64,000 nt of DNA, from positions 128,001-192,000 of the forward strand of contig CBDCLE010000003.1 in assembly GCA_965218585.1 (NCBI GenBank), in the 5' to 3' direction. The position numbers and the translations under genes are program-made. Under the pieces are notes generated by a model, which made no database searches, had not been told where the DNA came from, and was given only the letters and a program-made list of their open reading frames with translations. Source of the DNA: Terriglobia bacterium (lineage in GTDB: Bacteria > Acidobacteriota > Terriglobia > 20CM-2-55-15). Within the stretch, counting starts at the first letter, position 1. Each line of letters starts with the position of its first letter. Below are positions 59,680 through 64,000 of the stretch, in pieces.

Positions 59680-62163
59680 CTACGCAGCTTCTACGGGTTC
59701 CTTGTAATCGCAGGACTCTTCGTTGCAGTAGCGGATCGTGCCTTCTTTCTTGGTCGACTTTTCAAGGACGTAGGACGCCTTGCATTTGGGGCAGGATTCG
59801 GCGATCGGACGTTGCCACACCACGAAATCGCAGTCCGGATAATTGGCACAGCCGTAGAAGATCTTGCCGCGCTTTGTGCGTCGCTCGGTGAGTTCGCCTC
59901 CGCAATCCGGTTTCGGACATTTGACACCGATCGTCTTCGGCTTGATGTACTTACATTTTGGATAGCTTGAGCAGGCCGTGAATGGGCCAAAACGACCTTC
60001 CTTGATGACGAGGTTCGATTCGCATTTGGGACACGGTTCATCCAGCGGGATGTCGGGGACTTTGGGTTTGCTCTCTCCGGCTCCTATCTTACGTGTGGTC
60101 TTGCATTCGGGATATCCCGTGCAGGCGAGAAACTGCCCGAATCGACCCCGTTTGAGCGCCATCGGCTTGCCGCAGTTTTCGCAGGGTTCGATCTTCTCTT
60201 CCTCTGTCGTCTCGTCCTCTTCGTCTTCGCCTTCGACCTTGATCTCTTTCGTGTTCGAACATTCCGGATATCCGGTACACGCCATGAAACTGCCGAACTG
60301 ACCCCACTTGATCACCATCGGCTTGCCGCACTTCTCGCAGACCTCGTCGGTCGGGATCTCCTGCCGCTTGATGTTCTCCATGTTGACCGTTGCGTCGGCC
60401 AGGTCCTTCTCGAACTTCGTGTAAAACTCCTCCAGGGCCTCCACCCATGTCATCTTGCCTTCTTCAACCTCGTCGAGTTCTTCTTCCATCCGGGCCGTGT
60501 ACTGAACGTCGAAGATGTCTGCGAAATGTTTGACGAGTTGATCAGTTACGATGGTGCCCAGTTCCGTAGGTCGGAACTTGGCCTGTTTCTTGGAAGCGTA
60601 TTCCCTGTCCTGAATCGTCGTCAGAATTGAGGCATATGTCGATGGTCGTCCGATACCCTTCTCTTCCAGGGCTTTCACCAGTCCGGCTTCGTTGAAACGT
60701 GGTGGAGGTTCGGTGAAGTGTTGTACCGGATCGAGCTCGATCAAGCGTAAGGTTTCCCCTTCGGACAGTGGAGGCAAGCTCACGCTTTCGTCCTCAGGGT
60801 CCTTTTTCGCATCCTCGTCGGAAGTCTCTTCGTACACCTTCAGGAAACCGTCAAATTTCTGCACGCGTCCATTGGCCCTGAAGAGGTATTTCTTCGACTC
60901 GATTTCAACCGTGGTCTGGTCGTAGATGGCTGGATTCATCTGCGAAGCGACGAAACGGGTCCAGATCAGCCAGTACAGCTTGTATTCGTCGTCGGTGAGA
61001 GCGGCCTTGATCTTATCGGGCGCGTGTTCGACAAACGTCGGGCGAATCGCCTCGTGTGCGTCCTGTGCGTCCTTCTTGCTCTTGTAGAAAACAGGCTTTT
61101 CCGGAAGATAGGGTTCGCCGTATGTGCCAGAGATGTATGGTCGCACCATGTCCATCGCTTCATCGGAAATGCGCGTGGAATCGGTCCGCATGTAGGTGAT
61201 CAAACCGACGACACCTTCCGAACCGATTTCTTTTCCTTCATACAGCCGCTGTGCCAGCATCATCGTCTTCTTGACCGTGAAACGGAAACGGCGGGCCGCG
61301 TCCTGTTGAAGCTTACTGGTGGTGAAGGGGGGCACTGGCCGTCGTTTCTTTTCTTTCTTTACGACGGACTGGACGCGGAACTCGGAGTCACGGATCGCGG
61401 AAACGATATGGTCGGACGCTTCCTGGTTGGGAATCTCGATCTTTTCTCCCTGGTACTTCACCAGGCGCGCTGCGAACGGAGGCGGGGTGTGTCCTTCCAG
61501 TTGAGCCCCTATTGTCCAGTACTCCTCCGACTTGAAATCCTTGATTTCGCGTTCCCTCTCCACGATCAGGCGTAAAGCCACCGTCTGAACACGGCCCGCA
61601 GAGATCCCGCGACGCACCTTGTCCCACAGCAGGGGGCTGACCTGGTATCCGACTATTCGGTCCAGAATTCGCCTCGCCTGTTGGGCATCGACGACGTTCG
61701 AATCGATCTCGCCCGGTTTTTCTATCGCAGCGCGGATGGCCTTGGGCGTGATCTCGTTGAACAGGACGCGGAGAATTTCCGTATCTTCGGATTCAAGGAT
61801 TTCCTTGAGGTGCTGGCAGATGGCTTCCCCTTCGCGGTCATGGTCAGCGGCGAGGTAGATCTTGCTCGCTCCACGGGCTGCGGTCTTCAGCTCCTTAACC
61901 ACCTTTTCCTTCCCGGGGATCAGTTCGTAGGAAGGACGGAAAGACTTCTCGACGTCTATACCCAGCTTGCTCTTGGGCAGGTCCTTGATGTGACCGACCG
62001 AGGCCTTGACGACGTAACCCGACCCCAGATATTTCTTGATCGTGTTGGCCTTGGCCGGAGACTCGACGATAACTAGAGACCTCTTCGACGCAGTTTTCTT
62101 CTTCGTCGTTTTCTTTTTAGTAGTCTTCTTCGCCGTCTTCTTCTTGGTAGTTGTTGTTGCCAT
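59680..62163 (-). CDS. topA: DNA topoisomerase I
   Basis: IVESPAKA, D.DREGEAI, SAGRVQ, ITYMRTDS, GIGRPSTY, C-terminal zinc ribbons. Confidence 0.98.
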   Translation of the reverse strand: MATTTTKKKTAKKTTKKKTTKKKTASKRSLVIVESPAKANTIKKYLGSGYVVKASVGHIKDLPKSKLGIDVEKSFRPSYELIPGKEKVVKELKTAARGASKIYLAADHDREGEAICQHLKEILESEDTEILRVLFNEITPKAIRAAIEKPGEIDSNVVDAQQARRILDRIVGYQVSPLLWDKVRRGISAGRVQTVALRLIVEREREIKDFKSEEYWTIGAQLEGHTPPPFAARLVKYQGEKIEIPNQEASDHIVSAIRDSEFRVQSVVKKEKKRRPVPPFTTSKLQQDAARRFRFTVKKTMMLAQRLYEGKEIGSEGVVGLITYMRTDSTRISDEAMDMVRPYISGTYGEPYLPEKPVFYKSKKDAQDAHEAIRPTFVEHAPDKIKAALTDDEYKLYWLIWTRFVASQMNPAIYDQTTVEIESKKYLFRANGRVQKFDGFLKVYEETSDEDAKKDPEDESVSLPPLSEGETLRLIELDPVQHFTEPPPRFNEAGLVKALEEKGIGRPSTYASILTTIQDREYASKKQAKFRPTELGTIVTDQLVKHFADIFDVQYTARMEEELDEVEEGKMTWVEALEEFYTKFEKDLADATVNMENIKRQEIPTDEVCEKCGKPMVIKWGQFGSFMACTGYPECSNTKEIKVEGEDEEDETTEEEKIEPCENCGKPMALKRGRFGQFLACTGYPECKTTRKIGAGESKPKVPDIPLDEPCPKCESNLVIKEGRFGPFTACSSYPKCKYIKPKTIGVKCPKPDCGGELTERRTKRGKIFYGCANYPDCDFVVWQRPIAESCPKCKASYVLEKSTKKEGTIRYCNEESCDYKEPVEAA

Positions 62164-62317
62164 TTCTTAGCGTTCTCCGCGCTCCCACGTCCCCGAGACA
62201 GTTAAGTTATTAAGTCGTGTCGTGGGAAAAATCAACAGTGTCTTTTTCATCCTTTCGCTAAGTACGTGATTTTCGTTGTACCTAGCAGGCCGCAAAAAAA
62301 GGTTCCACCCACAGGCA

Positions 62318-63448
62318 TCAGGATGCTCTGAGGACATATCGATCGCCAGGGAGTTGGACGACAACACCTGCAAGTTCCAGTTCGAGCAAAGCCGAATAGA
62401 GTTCGCTTTGGGGCAAGTCGAGTTTCGATAAGAGGCCATCGATCGGGGTTTCCTCCGATGCCGACAAGGCATCCTGGACCATACGCTGTGAAGGCGTCAA
62501 CTCGGGGGCGTCAACGTCCGATTGAGAGGCAGGTTCGTTGAGTACTTTGACTACTTCGGCTCCGAATTCTTCCACGACATCGCCCCATCCGGTCACCAGA
62601 CAGGCGCCTTGTCGAATGAGCAGGTGTGGGCCAAAGCTCTGCGGTGAGAAGATCGGGCCCGGAACGGAGAACACCTCTCGGTTTGCCTCAAGAGCCAAAC
62701 GGGCAGTGATGAGCGAACCCGACCGTTCCCCGGCCTCGACGACGATCGTTCCGAGCGTCATGCCGGCCAGGATCCGATTGCGCATCGGGAAGTTCGACGG
62801 CAAAGGCGGCGTTCCAAGCGCGAATTCCGATAAAAGAGCGCCATTGGCGACGATTGATTCGCCAAGTGCGCGATTTTCGGAGGGGTAAACACTGTCCAGG
62901 CCTGTGCCGCACACGGCCACCGTCTTCCCCCCAGAGAGCGCACCTCGATGGGCCGCTGTGTCGATCCCGCGGGCCAGACCCGAGACAATGACAACTCCCC
63001 GTTCGGCCAGATCCCGCGCGATTTGCTCTGCGCAGTTAATACCGTAGGCGCTGGCACGGCGGGCCCCGACGATTGCCAAGTGCGGGCCGCCCGAGTCCCA
63101 TCCCTGGCTGCGAACGTAGAGGACAACAGGCGGATCGCACGTCTCCAGCAATAATGCCGGATAGGTCGGATCGTGGATGTCGATGATTCGAATGCCCAAC
63201 CCACGTGCCCGCTCCCACTCCTGCTCAGCGCGCTCCCGGGCCTGGGATGAAACGAGATCTCGGGCGATTCTGTTCGGGACCGACTTCGCCCTCAGTTCTT
63301 TGATGCTGAGAGATAGAATGTCGGAAGGCTCGGAGATCTCAGAGAGCAGCTGGTGTATCGAACGTAGGCCGAGACCGGACACCAGGCGTATTTGTAGAAA
63401 CGCCTTCGTTCGGCGAACGTCTTCGGACGTGTCTTTGCCCTCCCTCAT
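62318..63448 (-). CDS. dprA: DNA-processing protein DprA
   Basis: IVGAR, VSGLARGID, FP.RNRI, VVEA..RSGSLITA. Confidence 0.96.
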   Translation of the reverse strand: MREGKDTSEDVRRTKAFLQIRLVSGLGLRSIHQLLSEISEPSDILSLSIKELRAKSVPNRIARDLVSSQARERAEQEWERARGLGIRIIDIHDPTYPALLLETCDPPVVLYVRSQGWDSGGPHLAIVGARRASAYGINCAEQIARDLAERGVVIVSGLARGIDTAAHRGALSGGKTVAVCGTGLDSVYPSENRALGESIVANGALLSEFALGTPPLPSNFPMRNRILAGMTLGTIVVEAGERSGSLITARLALEANREVFSVPGPIFSPQSFGPHLLIRQGACLVTGWGDVVEEFGAEVVKVLNEPASQSDVDAPELTPSQRMVQDALSASEETPIDGLLSKLDLPQSELYSALLELELAGVVVQLPGDRYVLRAS

Positions 63449-63477
63449 CGTGTGATGCCAAGCAGTCGTGTTACCAA

Positions 63478-64000
63478 ATGAGTGTGAAGCCACCTGAAGA
63501 TTTCATAGTCCGTTTTGCAGATCGCGTCGTGGACCGAGAGCCCGCGGCCGAAGTACTTGATGTGGCCTGTGGTTCAGGCCGTCACGCGCTGTTCTTCGCC
63601 CAAAAGGGGTGCCGTGTGGTTGCGATGGAGCGGAGGAGGGAAGTACTCGAAAGTCTTCGTGAGACGGTCCGGAAAGATGGTTTGCCTGTCAGCGTCGTCA
63701 CTTCGGACGTAGAGAACATGTCGCTTTTACCCGTGTGTTTTGATGCGATCGTGAATACGTTCTTTCTCTGGAGGCCTCTGGCCCAGCAATATGCGAAGGC
63801 CTTGCGGCCGGGCGGTGTTCTTTACTTTCAAACTTTTACGACGGATAACCACGACGTCCTGGGCAAGACGAAGCCACGCAGGGATTTCCTGCTCGAACCC
63901 GGGGAACTGGGACAGATGTTCACCGCCCTGGAAGTGATTCACTATGAGGAGAAGATTGAAGAAGACCGTGCCATCGCCACGTTCGTAGCCCAGCGTCCAT
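63478..64000 (+). CDS. Class I SAM-dependent methyltransferase (TehB-like); runs to window edge, absent from the ORF track
   Basis: MSVKPP...VLDVACGSGRHALFFA...ALRPGGVL...FLLEPGEL. Confidence 0.88.
   Translation, partial: MSVKPPEDFIVRFADRVVDREPAAEVLDVACGSGRHALFFAQKGCRVVAMERRREVLESLRETVRKDGLPVSVVTSDVENMSLLPVCFDAIVNTFFLWRPLAQQYAKALRPGGVLYFQTFTTDNHDVLGKTKPRRDFLLEPGELGQMFTALEVIHYEEKIEEDRAIATFVAQRP

Overview
Bacterial chromosome segment of about 58-60% GC. The gene content (DUF5916, DUF6152 and related exported proteins, RRM protein, many REP-like hairpins) suggests an Acidobacteriota-like organism; this is inference. The left ~46 kb is accessory and IS-rich: IS110/IS1111, IS701, two identical IS1182 copies, a truncated second IS1182, IS5, truncated IS3, IS256 and a RAYT. 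Many of these sit in or upstream of metal-uptake and periplasmic-enzyme genes. This part holds a ZnuD-like TonB receptor preceded by a His-rich RGPP leader peptide, a Fur-box porin/FMN-protein/cytochrome-b/ApbE operon, a Tat-exported SOD, an uncharacterised exported-protein operon, LigM plus a MetF-MetV fusion, trehalose genes and three TA loci. After tRNA-Val(GAC) the right ~18 kb is core genome: polA, lpxC, comF, rlmH, rsfS, nadD, obgE, rpmA, rplU, xerC, trmFO, topA, dprA, plus a broken hicAB locus. Two signals stand out. (1) A putative metal-sensing ribosome-arrest switch: an RGPP leader whose stop codon is followed directly by an anti-SD for the receptor gene. (2) An IS1111 right-end RNA with an exact 11-nt match to its own insertion flank (bridge/seek RNA) and a predictable left junction. 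No CRISPR array was seen. Several single-base frameshifts could be assembly errors. All family assignments come from motif recognition, not database searches.
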